Source: Thermotogota bacterium
GTDB taxonomy: Bacteria > Thermotogota > Thermotogae > Petrotogales > Petrotogaceae
Assembly: GCA_051748045.1 (NCBI GenBank)
Contig: JBNJGY010000034.1
Coordinates: forward strand, 1-22,984
Direction of reading: 5' to 3'
DNA: 22,984 nt
Shown piece by piece: positions 1 through 7,352 of this stretch. Numbering within the stretch: the stretch's first letter is position 1; every line of letters begins with the position of its first letter. The position numbers and the translations under genes are program-made. The notes under the pieces are model-generated. The model did not search any database, had not been told where the DNA came from, and was given only the letters and a program-made list of their open reading frames with translations.

Positions 1-276
1 ATCTGCCCAGTTGTTTAGATATCCAACTACATCTTTTATTTCTTCTTTTTTATCTAATGTTTCAGGTGGAAAAAGTATTGTTTGTCCTCCTAAAAGATAC
101 ACCCCTTTTTCAAAAGAAATTCTTGTCCTAATGCTGTTATTTGGGAAGAACATGACTACTGTTTTTCCTTTTAAAAAGTTTTTATATTTTCCTGTGGTTT
201 TTAATTCATCCGCGATTTTGAATATTTCGAAAATTTCTTCTTTTTTGTAATCGGTTAATCTGATTGTGTTTTTCAT
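1..276 (-). CDS. Aspartate/ornithine carbamoyltransferase-family protein, N-terminal part (runs off the left window edge)
   Basis: Not in the ORF track. Manual translation from ATG 276: MKNTIRLTDYKKEEIFEIFKIADELKTTGKYKNFLKGKTVVMFFPNNSIRTRISFEKGVYLLGGQTILFPPETLDKKEEIKDVVGYLNNWAD. This matches the OTCase pattern LKGK...F..xSxRTRxSFE...LGG. SD-like GAAGGGGA lies upstream. Confidence 0.85.
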   Translation of the reverse strand, partial: MKNTIRLTDYKKEEIFEIFKIADELKTTGKYKNFLKGKTVVMFFPNNSIRTRISFEKGVYLLGGQTILFPPETLDKKEEIKDVVGYLNNWAD

Positions 277-374
277 TTTCCGTCCCCTTCTCTTTATTAT
301 TATTGCTAATCCCTTGATAAAAATATAATGTATTATCAATATAACCTCTTCGAATTAATAACTTTTATAATTTA

Positions 375-383
375 ATTATATCA
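375..383 (-). promoter_or_regulatory. Extended -10 promoter element for the carbamoyltransferase-family gene
   Basis: Minus strand reads TGATATAAT (TGnTATAAT), about 100 nt upstream of ATG 276. Confidence 0.45.
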
Positions 384-406
384 AATTCTCTTTTAAAAAT
401 GACTGT

Positions 407-440
407 TGAGTTGTATCAATGCGCTTTGTCATGACAGCTA
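407..440. repeat. Degenerate copy of the REP-like element at 12601-12643
   Basis: tgagttgtatcaatgcgctttgtcatgacagcta aligns by eye with tgagttttctccatgcgctgtcgcttagtcgaaatgacagtta, with two short deletions. Confidence 0.45.
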
Positions 441-536
441 TTTCATTTATTCTCTTTGTTAATATATTTTTCTATTTTTTAATTTTTTCAGAATAATATA
501 TAATATTGTTATAAAAAATTGAAAAGGAGAATGAGA

Positions 537-1427
537 ATGAATATAAGAAATTTGAAGGTTTCTGAATTAGAAAAGTTAGATGATTTTTTTGATGTAAAAG
601 AATCTTTTATAAACTATATTGAAAAAATGATGGAAGATAAGGTAATAAAACCGGAATGGTGTTTTGTTTCTGAAGAAGATAACATTCTCAAATCAATAAT
701 TATCTATGCTGTTTTTGATAGCGAACTTGAAATTTTATATTTCAATATTAATGACTTTAACAGTAAATATTCTTTAGATATTCTGCCAAAAAGTTTGAAT
801 AGAATGAAGGAGGAAGGGTTTGATACAGTTGGAATTCATATTTATTCTGATAAAAAGAATTATATAAAATATATAGATACATTAAAAAATAATTATTTTA
901 ATATTATACAAGAAAAGAAGAGTTTTATTTTAGAATGTAATCAAAAAGATAAGTATTTTAATAGATTGCATTATAAAACTTTGAAAGAGGTAGGAAAAGA
1001 TTTTTTTATTGAGAAAATAAAGGATGTAACTGTTAATACTTTGGATCAAGAAGATCTAGATTCAATTAGAATGTATGGAGATGAAAAGGCAGCTATCAAA
1101 TATTTTAATGAGTTGAAAATTATTGATTATAATCCCGAGATGTGGAAATTAGGCTATGATAAGGATGAAATAGTAGGACTGGTTATACCACAAGTGTTTG
1201 ATAAATCTACAGGAGCTATAAATTATATTGGAGTTATTCCAGAAAAAAGAGGAAATGCCTTTATAAATGATCTTTTGAAGGAAGGCATAAATTCTTTGAA
1301 TAGAAAAAAGATAAATAAAATAATTGCTGACATAGATATTAATAATTATCCATTAGAGAGAGCTTTAGTAAAAGAAAATTTTAAGTTAGACAGTAAAATG
1401 TTTGTTTTAAAATTAAGTCTAATATGA
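537..1427 (+). CDS. GNAT-family N-acetyltransferase (about 300 aa, tandem-GNAT size)
   Basis: C-terminal GNAT motif A (INYIGVIPEKRGNAFINDLL) and ADIDINNYP. AAGGAG at 524-529 favours ATG 537 over the TTG at 519. Confidence 0.85.
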   Translation: MNIRNLKVSELEKLDDFFDVKESFINYIEKMMEDKVIKPEWCFVSEEDNILKSIIIYAVFDSELEILYFNINDFNSKYSLDILPKSLNRMKEEGFDTVGIHIYSDKKNYIKYIDTLKNNYFNIIQEKKSFILECNQKDKYFNRLHYKTLKEVGKDFFIEKIKDVTVNTLDQEDLDSIRMYGDEKAAIKYFNELKIIDYNPEMWKLGYDKDEIVGLVIPQVFDKSTGAINYIGVIPEKRGNAFINDLLKEGINSLNRKKINKIIADIDINNYPLERALVKENFKLDSKMFVLKLSLI

Positions 1428-1459
1428 ATTATTTATTATTTTGAAATCATTTTAAACAC

Positions 1460-1533
1460 ACAAATAACCCACCGTGATATTTTCACGATGGGTTAGTAAT
1501 GCAAAAGGAGTGTTGGTGATTGTGAATAGTCTA
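1460..1533 (-). ncRNA. Candidate small regulatory RNA with anti-Shine-Dalgarno motifs
   Basis: Minus-strand TATAAT at 1545-1540, then ATCACC and CACTCCTTTT, then the terminator at 1495-1465. It lies in a 250-bp gap between convergent genes. Confidence 0.45.
1465..1495 (-). terminator. Intrinsic terminator hairpin, better on the minus strand
   Basis: TAACCCACCGTGA-tattt-TCACGATGGGTTA. The one mismatch becomes a G-U pair on the minus strand, followed by TTTGTGTGTTT. Confidence 0.7.
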
Positions 1534-1677
1534 GTTATTATTATACAACAAAATCATGTAAATAAATTAATCGAACGATTGATTAATTAATGATTTCCAA
1601 TGTTTTAATTTTATTGTTTTATTAGTTCTTTTGATTTTTCAAGTGATTCAAGTTTTCTAAATAAAGATTAATTATTT

Positions 1678-2298
1678 TTAATTTGAAAAATTTCTTTTTA
1701 TTTTTTCTTTCAATAAAAGTGTCTTTGTTAATTTTTCTCCTAAATTTTGAGCATTTTTTAATTCTTTTTCTGATTTTTCTGCTGCATCAACTTCGTATAG
1801 AGTTAGTGCTTTTAAATTATCTACAACTCTATATCCTAATGAATTAAGGGATAATTCCATGGCTTTTGAAGTAAAACCCATGGCTTTTTCATCTTTTTGT
1901 TCACAAACAGCTATAGTCGCAGCTAATTTTCCTCCCATTGCTTCCATAATTCCAACCCATACAGATCTATCTGATTCATCAAAAATTTCATAGCAATATA
2001 ATCTCTCAATGAAAGCTTTCATGTCTGAGCTTATATTATAAAAATAAGTTGGTGAACCTAAAATTAAGCCATCTGCTTTTAATATTTTTGGATATAATTT
2101 TTGCATTCCATCTTGGATAACACATTTGAATGTTTTTTTACACTTTTCGCAACCATTACAACCTTTTATTTCATAATCATCTAAGAATATTATTTCAGTT
2201 TCTATGCCTTGCTTGTTTATAGCTTTCAAAGCCTCATTCATTAAAGTCGCAGTATTCCCCTTTTTTCTTTTACTTCCTACTATTCCGATAACTTTCAA
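1678..2298 (-). CDS. Flavodoxin-fold NAD(P)H-dependent FMN reductase / iron-sulfur flavoprotein (Isf-like)
   Basis: GSKRKKGNT FMN loop, CxxCxxCx5C (CNGCEKCKKTFKC), GSPTYF. TTG start at 2298 behind AAGGAG. Confidence 0.88.
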   Translation of the reverse strand: MKVIGIVGSKRKKGNTATLMNEALKAINKQGIETEIIFLDDYEIKGCNGCEKCKKTFKCVIQDGMQKLYPKILKADGLILGSPTYFYNISSDMKAFIERLYCYEIFDESDRSVWVGIMEAMGGKLAATIAVCEQKDEKAMGFTSKAMELSLNSLGYRVVDNLKALTLYEVDAAEKSEKELKNAQNLGEKLTKTLLLKEKIKRNFSN

Positions 2299-2376
2299 AT
2301 TAAACCACTCCTTATAATAAATCAATAATCATATATAACCTAATTCTTAGTTATTATCTTATTTCTTCATATTTTT

Positions 2377-2904
2377 TTAAAAATATCTTCTCACGTTTTG
2401 CATATATTTATTGTATTCATCTCCAAATTCTTTCAAGCACCATCTTTCTTCAGAAAGAATAATGAAATGAACAGATATTTGGAGAATGATTAAAATAGCT
2501 AAATAAATCCAAGAATTTAGTATTAAAGAAACCCCCAAAAAGTATATAAAAAATGATACATACATGGGATTTCTAGATATTTTGTATAGTCCATATTTAC
2601 TAAAATTTGTACCTTCGGGTTTAGAAAAATCATGCACTGACTTTAAGTATAAAACTATCCCCAATATATAAACCACTAAACCAAAATAGCTTATTGTATT
2701 TTCAAATTTTACATCATAGAAAAACAAAAATATCATTAATAAAAGTGTTGTTGTTTGATATATCCATAATGAAAATTTTTCTACTCCTATTGTAGGAGGG
2801 AAAAAATCTGCTTTTTGAAAAATTTCTTTACTCATTGTTGCCATGTATAGATATCTTATTAAAATTATTGGAATAGCTAAAACTATTGCATTGATATTAA
2901 TCAC
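2377..2904 (-). CDS. Isoprenylcysteine carboxylmethyltransferase / PEMT-family membrane protein
   Basis: Hydrophobic helices, GLYKISRNPMY and EERWCLKEFGDEYNKYMQNVRRY signatures. Confidence 0.85.
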   Translation of the reverse strand: MININAIVLAIPIILIRYLYMATMSKEIFQKADFFPPTIGVEKFSLWIYQTTTLLLMIFLFFYDVKFENTISYFGLVVYILGIVLYLKSVHDFSKPEGTNFSKYGLYKISRNPMYVSFFIYFLGVSLILNSWIYLAILIILQISVHFIILSEERWCLKEFGDEYNKYMQNVRRYF

Positions 2905-2909
2905 CTCAA

Positions 2910-3695
2910 TTATTTATGTTTTATAATATACTCTTTCAAGATATTTTTTTCTTTAACAGGAATATTTTCCGATGTTCTAGTTGCAGCCATGACTAATGTC
3001 CATTTGTAAAAATCTTCAATGTTATCTTTATCTTTTTCTATCATTTCTATATATTTATTCACTATGTTTTTTCTTAGAACTTCTATTTTCTTTAAGGTGT
3101 TTTCATCTTGTTCTTCAGGTAAAGAACCAAATTTTAATAAAATAAATGTCCTTGCCATATCCATTATTGGATTTCCAATTCGAGCATTTATCCAATCTAT
3201 AACATATACTTCGCTATCTTGAATCAGTAGATTATCTGGGTGGTAATCCCCATGGCATAGGTTATTATTTTTTTCTGTGTTATGAACTATTTTCAAAATG
3301 TAATTGATTATTTCTTTATCTAGAAAATCGTTTCTTTTAATAAGTTCTACTATTTCATCTTCATATCTTTCTAAACCATTTTTAATTTCGATATCGTTGA
3401 TCTTTTTTTGATTTTTAAAAAATATATCCATATTTTTCTCGATATATGCTGGATTTTCAAACATTATTTTCAAAAGACTTTTACCATTTATTTTATCAAA
3501 CACTATGCCTAATCTATCATTATTTTTAGTTATTTCATATACTTTTGCTGTGTTGTTTATTTGGTTTTGTATGAGCTGGTTTATTTTGAATTCTTTCTCA
3601 ACATTTTCGTTATAATTTTCAAAAAATAATTTAACGATTTTATTTTCTGAATAGTCGTAAATTTCAGCAGTTCTACCAATTCCAATCAAATCCAT
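2910..3695 (-). CDS. APH / choline-kinase-like phosphotransferase
   Basis: IGIGRTAEIY P-loop-like segment, LCHGDYHPDNLL (Brenner motif), VIDW. Confidence 0.88.
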   Translation of the reverse strand: MDLIGIGRTAEIYDYSENKIVKLFFENYNENVEKEFKINQLIQNQINNTAKVYEITKNNDRLGIVFDKINGKSLLKIMFENPAYIEKNMDIFFKNQKKINDIEIKNGLERYEDEIVELIKRNDFLDKEIINYILKIVHNTEKNNNLCHGDYHPDNLLIQDSEVYVIDWINARIGNPIMDMARTFILLKFGSLPEEQDENTLKKIEVLRKNIVNKYIEMIEKDKDNIEDFYKWTLVMAATRTSENIPVKEKNILKEYIIKHK

Positions 3696-3706
3696 TTTTT
3701 ATCCCC

Positions 3707-3913
3707 CTATTTATTTTCATTATAAAATTTTACAAAGCCATCTACTGAAAAATCTTCTTGTTCTGATAAATCTTGATTTATTTTCTTAAAAAAACAACTT
3801 GGTATTTCGTTTAATTCTAGATTCTTTTTTATACAAAGAGTACACCCTTGTTCATGATTTATTGGATGATTTTGACAACTATAATCTTCACAGGTACAAA
3901 AATCCACTTTCAT
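3707..3913 (-). CDS. Small Cys-rich protein, DUF6485-like
   Basis: CTC...C..HP....GCTLCI...EIPSCFF pattern. ATG 3913 behind TAGGAG. Confidence 0.7.
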   Translation of the reverse strand: MKVDFCTCEDYSCQNHPINHEQGCTLCIKKNLELNEIPSCFFKKINQDLSEQEDFSVDGFVKFYNENK

Positions 3914-3942
3914 ATTTTCATCTCCTAACGTCACTTTTTAAT

Positions 3943-3951
3943 ATTATAGCA
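3943..3951 (-). promoter_or_regulatory. Extended -10 promoter for the DUF6485-APH-ICMT(-flavoprotein) unit
   Basis: Minus strand TGCTATAAT, overlapping the T-tract of the upstream terminator. Confidence 0.55.
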
Positions 3952-3977
3952 AAAAAGGTGCCATTAAGGCACCCTTT
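3951..3977 (-). terminator. Intrinsic terminator after the TetR-membrane protein operon
   Basis: Minus strand AAAGGGTGCC-ttaat-GGCACCTTTTTT, immediately after the stop at 3980. Confidence 0.8.
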
Positions 3978-3979
3978 AT

Positions 3980-4381
3980 TTAGTAAAGAAATATTCCCAT
4001 AGATACAAGAACTATAGATAGAATTATCACAGAAGTGTTCAATTGATACATTTTTTTCTTATCTTTTAATGTTTTGACAAGAAAGTCTCTAAATTGTTCG
4101 TAGTTAAATAAGAGTTTTGTTATTTTGAAAAGAGTTAAAGTTATTAACACAGCTAAAATCCAACTATACTGAATATCTGTTATAAAAACCATCACCCAGG
4201 TCACAATGACAATTACATAACCTAAAATACCTATAAGGGTTATGAAAGTTGGTTTGTCTTCTTTATAGACTTTGTTCATTTCCCATTCTGCCCAATTTTT
4301 TCCCATTTTACCCATAGCGATTCTAGATACAATTCCAATCGCTGCCCAAACAAAACATAATACTGAAAAGTAATTTAACAT
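3980..4381 (-). CDS. Hypothetical membrane protein with about 4 TM helices
   Basis: Four hydrophobic segments. ATG 4381 behind GAGGTG, directly downstream of the tetR gene. Confidence 0.75.
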   Translation of the reverse strand: MLNYFSVLCFVWAAIGIVSRIAMGKMGKNWAEWEMNKVYKEDKPTFITLIGILGYVIVIVTWVMVFITDIQYSWILAVLITLTLFKITKLLFNYEQFRDFLVKTLKDKKKMYQLNTSVIILSIVLVSMGIFLY

Positions 4382-4394
4382 GTTTTCCACCTCT

Positions 4395-5009
4395 TTATTT
4401 TTTTATTCCATTTTCTATTACAAATAACATTTTTTCTACAACATTATATATTTCTTCTTTTGATGTGTATTTTTCTGCTGTCATTTTTTTACTGAAGAAA
4501 ATTATCATAGAACTTAGAATGTTGGCTGTTAGATCTATATCTAGTTCTCTTTTGAGTTCACCTTTTTTTATGTAAAATTCTATTATTTCAGTGAATAACT
4601 CATTACTATGATTTATCATGTCATCTATAATCTCTTCTCTTAAATCTTGACTTGTTTTTAAAAAGAATTTTTCTCTTAAATCAGTCAGTTCTTTTTTTTC
4701 TAAATCAAATTCAATACCTTTTAAAAACATTTGTCTCATAAAATCTGAAAAAGAAAGATTTTCTAATACTTTCATTAAAGATTTTAATTCTTTCTTCTTT
4801 TCTTGGAGCATTGAATTATATAAATGATGATATATATCTTCTTTATTGGAAAAATATTGATAAAAGCTCCCTTTAGGTATTTCTGCTCTATCTACAATGT
4901 TATCTATTGTGACTTTTTTAAAAGACTTATCAGAAAATTCTTTCATAGCAGCTTCTATGATTTTTTTTCTTTTTTTATTTGGTAAATTGAAAAATGTTTG
5001 TTTTGGCAT
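4395..5009 (-). CDS. TetR/AcrR-family transcriptional regulator (no. 1)
   Basis: MPKQTFFNLP N-terminus and HTH TIDNIVDRAEIPKGSFYQYFSNKEDI. Confidence 0.95.
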   Translation of the reverse strand: MPKQTFFNLPNKKRKKIIEAAMKEFSDKSFKKVTIDNIVDRAEIPKGSFYQYFSNKEDIYHHLYNSMLQEKKKELKSLMKVLENLSFSDFMRQMFLKGIEFDLEKKELTDLREKFFLKTSQDLREEIIDDMINHSNELFTEIIEFYIKKGELKRELDIDLTANILSSMIIFFSKKMTAEKYTSKEEIYNVVEKMLFVIENGIKK

Positions 5010-5030
5010 TTAATCACCCTCTTTATTATC

Positions 5031-5060
5031 ATGACTAATAGTCATATGACTTTTAGTCAT
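5031..5060. promoter_or_regulatory. Tandem 15-bp palindromic operators, probably bound by TetR no. 1
   Basis: ATGACTAATAGTCAT (5031-5045) and ATGACTTTTAGTCAT (5046-5060) abut the -10 of the leftward promoter. Confidence 0.8.
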
Positions 5061-5089
5061 ATTATACATTTATTTTTATGTATTGTCAA
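5061..5089 (-). promoter_or_regulatory. Consensus sigma70-type promoter for tetR no. 1
   Basis: TTGACA (5089-5084), 17 bp, TATAAT (5066-5061). Confidence 0.85.
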
Positions 5090-5099
5090 CATAGGTAAT

Positions 5100-5129
5100 T
5101 TGACAAAATGAATATCTTTGTGATATTAT
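5100..5129 (+). promoter_or_regulatory. Sigma70-type promoter for tetR no. 2
   Basis: TTGACA (5100-5105), 18 bp, TATTAT (5124-5129), with TGn extension. Confidence 0.75.
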
Positions 5130-5130
5130 T

Positions 5131-5168
5131 AATTAAACACTGTTTAATTTTTATAACACTATTTAATT
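5131..5168. promoter_or_regulatory. Tandem 19-bp operators, probably bound by TetR no. 2
   Basis: Perfect palindrome AATTAAACACTGTTTAATT (5131-5149), followed by the degenerate copy TTTATAACACTATTTAATT (5150-5168). Confidence 0.75.
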
Positions 5169-5179
5169 TGAGGTGTATT

Positions 5180-5797
5180 ATGAGAGAAGAAATAGAAAAG
5201 AAAAAACAAGAATCAGTTAAAAAAGCCATTATTCAAGTTGCTAAAGAGATTGTTGAGAAAGATGGATTTGATGGGTTATCTATTCGCAAAATCGCCAATA
5301 AAGTTGGTTATTCACCAGGAAATATATATCAATATTTCAAAAACAAAGATCATATAATTGAAGACATGATTTCAGATACTTATTTGTCTATGTTAGAAAT
5401 TTTAAAAAAAAATTATAAAAAATTTGAGACAATTTCGGACGAAATAGTTTTTAAATATAGAAAATATATCGATTTTGCTTTGGATAATTCTGTTTACTTT
5501 AAAATGATTATGATTAATGAAAATGAAGATATTTTGAAAAAGACTTCTGTTTTGAAAGAGGGTTCTTCAATAAAACAACCTGCGCTATTTTTTTTAAGAA
5601 GGTATATAGAAAAAGGTATAGAAAAAAAGGAATTTTGTGTAGAAAATATAGAATTGACGACACAGTCATTATGGGTTTCGGTATATGGTTTAATTATGAG
5701 ACTTATAGTTGAAAAAAATGTAGATAAAGAATATAGGAACAAATTGATTGATTATCATTTAAACTTATTAATAAATAGCATAAAAGGATGTGAATAA
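5180..5797 (+). CDS. TetR/AcrR-family transcriptional regulator (no. 2)
   Basis: HTH LSIRKIANKVGYSPGNIYQYFKNKD and C-terminal LWVSVYGL. ATG 5180 behind GAGGTG; the upstream ORF extension overlaps the promoter. Confidence 0.95.
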   Translation: MREEIEKKKQESVKKAIIQVAKEIVEKDGFDGLSIRKIANKVGYSPGNIYQYFKNKDHIIEDMISDTYLSMLEILKKNYKKFETISDEIVFKYRKYIDFALDNSVYFKMIMINENEDILKKTSVLKEGSSIKQPALFFLRRYIEKGIEKKEFCVENIELTTQSLWVSVYGLIMRLIVEKNVDKEYRNKLIDYHLNLLINSIKGCE

Positions 5798-5798
5798 T

Positions 5799-6656
5799 AT
5801 GGAATTTTTTAGTAACCCTACGTTTATAAAATGGGGTGTGGGTATAGCTGTTGTAGTAATTTCTGTAGTATCTATCTTTTCTCTTGGTAAACATAACTTT
5901 GATAAGCAAATAGATAAAGAAATAGAACTTATAACAAATTATAATAATACAAAAAAATCTGTTGTAAAAGAAGAAGATTTAGAAAATCTTCCTAAAAATG
6001 TTCAAAAATGGTTAGTTAATGTTGGAGTAGTTGGTAAACCCATGATAAAAGGAATGTATCTTAAACAAACAGGTGAGATGAAACTTGAGCCAGAACAAAA
6101 ATATATAAAGCCTATGGCTGAACAGTATATCAACGTGACCAAACCAGCTTATCTCTGGACAGTAGATTTACCAATGATACCACTAATTAATACTAAGGGA
6201 AGAGATTTGTTTTATGAAGGAAAAGGTTCTATGAAGATCAAGTTAGGGTCTTTAGTATCAGTAGTAAACGAAGAACCGAATTATAAACTAAACGAATCTT
6301 CAATGCACAGATTTCTCTTGGAAATTCCTTGGTATCCTACTGCAGCATTGGAAGATTATATAAGCTGGGAAGAAATTGATGATTTAAGAGCTAAAGCAAT
6401 AATGAATTACAAAGGTATAGAAGTTGAGGCCACTTACTTTTTTAATGATTCAGGGATGTTATTAAAAGTAGAAGCAATGAGATACAAGGGTAATGATGAA
6501 AGCTCTGAAAGAGAAAAGTGTGTTGGTGATTTGTTGGAGGTTGATACTGTAGATGGGTTTTTAGTTCCCGTTAAAATCAATATTTCTTGGATAACTGATG
6601 AAGAAGAGTTCACATGGTACAAGATTAAAACTTATGATATTGAATATACTTATTAA
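5799..6656 (+). CDS. DUF6544/DUF6920-like membrane-anchored protein
   Basis: N-terminal TM helix, EDLENLPKNVQKWL, QTGEMKL, RFLLEIPWYPTAAL, ISWEEIDD. Coupled to the tetR no. 2 stop. Confidence 0.75.
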   Translation: MEFFSNPTFIKWGVGIAVVVISVVSIFSLGKHNFDKQIDKEIELITNYNNTKKSVVKEEDLENLPKNVQKWLVNVGVVGKPMIKGMYLKQTGEMKLEPEQKYIKPMAEQYINVTKPAYLWTVDLPMIPLINTKGRDLFYEGKGSMKIKLGSLVSVVNEEPNYKLNESSMHRFLLEIPWYPTAALEDYISWEEIDDLRAKAIMNYKGIEVEATYFFNDSGMLLKVEAMRYKGNDESSEREKCVGDLLEVDTVDGFLVPVKINISWITDEEEFTWYKIKTYDIEYTY

Positions 6657-6658
6657 TT

Positions 6659-6690
6659 ATGTTTCCCGAAAGGGAAACATTTTCTTTTTT
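6659..6690 (+). terminator. Intrinsic terminator
   Basis: ATGTTTCCC-GAAA-GGGAAACAT followed by TTTCTTTTTT. Confidence 0.9.
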
Positions 6691-6731
6691 ATGGAGTATA
6701 ATTGTAATATAGGCTAAAGGAGATGGTAAGA

Positions 6732-7337
6732 ATGAAAAATCTTTTGGTTCTTTTTATTATTTTTTCTTCAATAGTTTTGTTTGCCCATGTTCCTTTTTTT
6801 CATGAATCACAAAAAAATAAAATATATATTAATGATGTTTATTTATCTCAAATACATTATTTTGAGTTTACTGAGGAATATGATGATATCAAATTTAAAT
6901 TTTATTTGGAAAAGGAAAAGAATTTGTATATTCTTTTAGGTGTTCCAAAAATCGATAGGTTGGAAGATTTTAACTTCATGATGGATATTAAGGATTCCAA
7001 TAATAAAATTATAGATTCTTTTGATACAAGTAAAATGAACCCAGACATCATGTATGAACCTTTTGGAGATACATATTCTTGGGAATACTTAAGATATGAT
7101 GAATCTTTGAGTGAAGGGTATTATGAAGTAGAATTAACAACAAAAGAAAATGGAAAATTTTGGATAGCTTTTGGAAAAAGAGAAGAATTTACAGCAGAAC
7201 AAATATTGAATTTACCAAAACTAATTAAAGGAATAAGAGATTTTCACGAGTTAGAAGGTAGAGCTACATGGGAAAAATATGCCTTAGGTATAACAATTGG
7301 ATTAGTCTCTTTTTTATTTGCTTTAAAATATTTTTAA
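6732..7337 (+). CDS. Hypothetical exported protein with signal peptide and C-terminal membrane anchor
   Basis: MKNLLVLFIIFSSIVLFA|HVPFF signal peptide, YEPFGDT segment, C-terminal hydrophobic helix. AAGGAG at 6717-6722. Confidence 0.75.
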   Translation: MKNLLVLFIIFSSIVLFAHVPFFHESQKNKIYINDVYLSQIHYFEFTEEYDDIKFKFYLEKEKNLYILLGVPKIDRLEDFNFMMDIKDSNNKIIDSFDTSKMNPDIMYEPFGDTYSWEYLRYDESLSEGYYEVELTTKENGKFWIAFGKREEFTAEQILNLPKLIKGIRDFHELEGRATWEKYALGITIGLVSFLFALKYF

Positions 7338-7352
7338 GAAATGGAGGAAAAA

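Noticed and set aside
11-250. Plus-strand 79-aa ORF
   Set aside because: Antisense shadow of the carbamoyltransferase-family gene on the minus strand.
365-382. 17/18 match TTATAATTTAATT(A/G)TATC with 12454-12471
   Set aside because: Both are AT-rich minus-strand -10 regions, so the similarity is explained by promoter consensus and composition.
1461-1498. TAAC...GTTAG hairpin as an integron attC site
   Set aside because: Too short, not repeated after other genes, and no integrase is present. It is better explained as a terminator.
2910-3695. Aminoglycoside resistance gene
   Set aside because: Only generic APH/choline-kinase superfamily motifs are visible, so the substrate cannot be assigned.
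5031-5168. Tandem repeats as a mini-CRISPR
   Set aside because: Only two abutting copies each, no spacers and no cas genes. Their position at promoters indicates operators.
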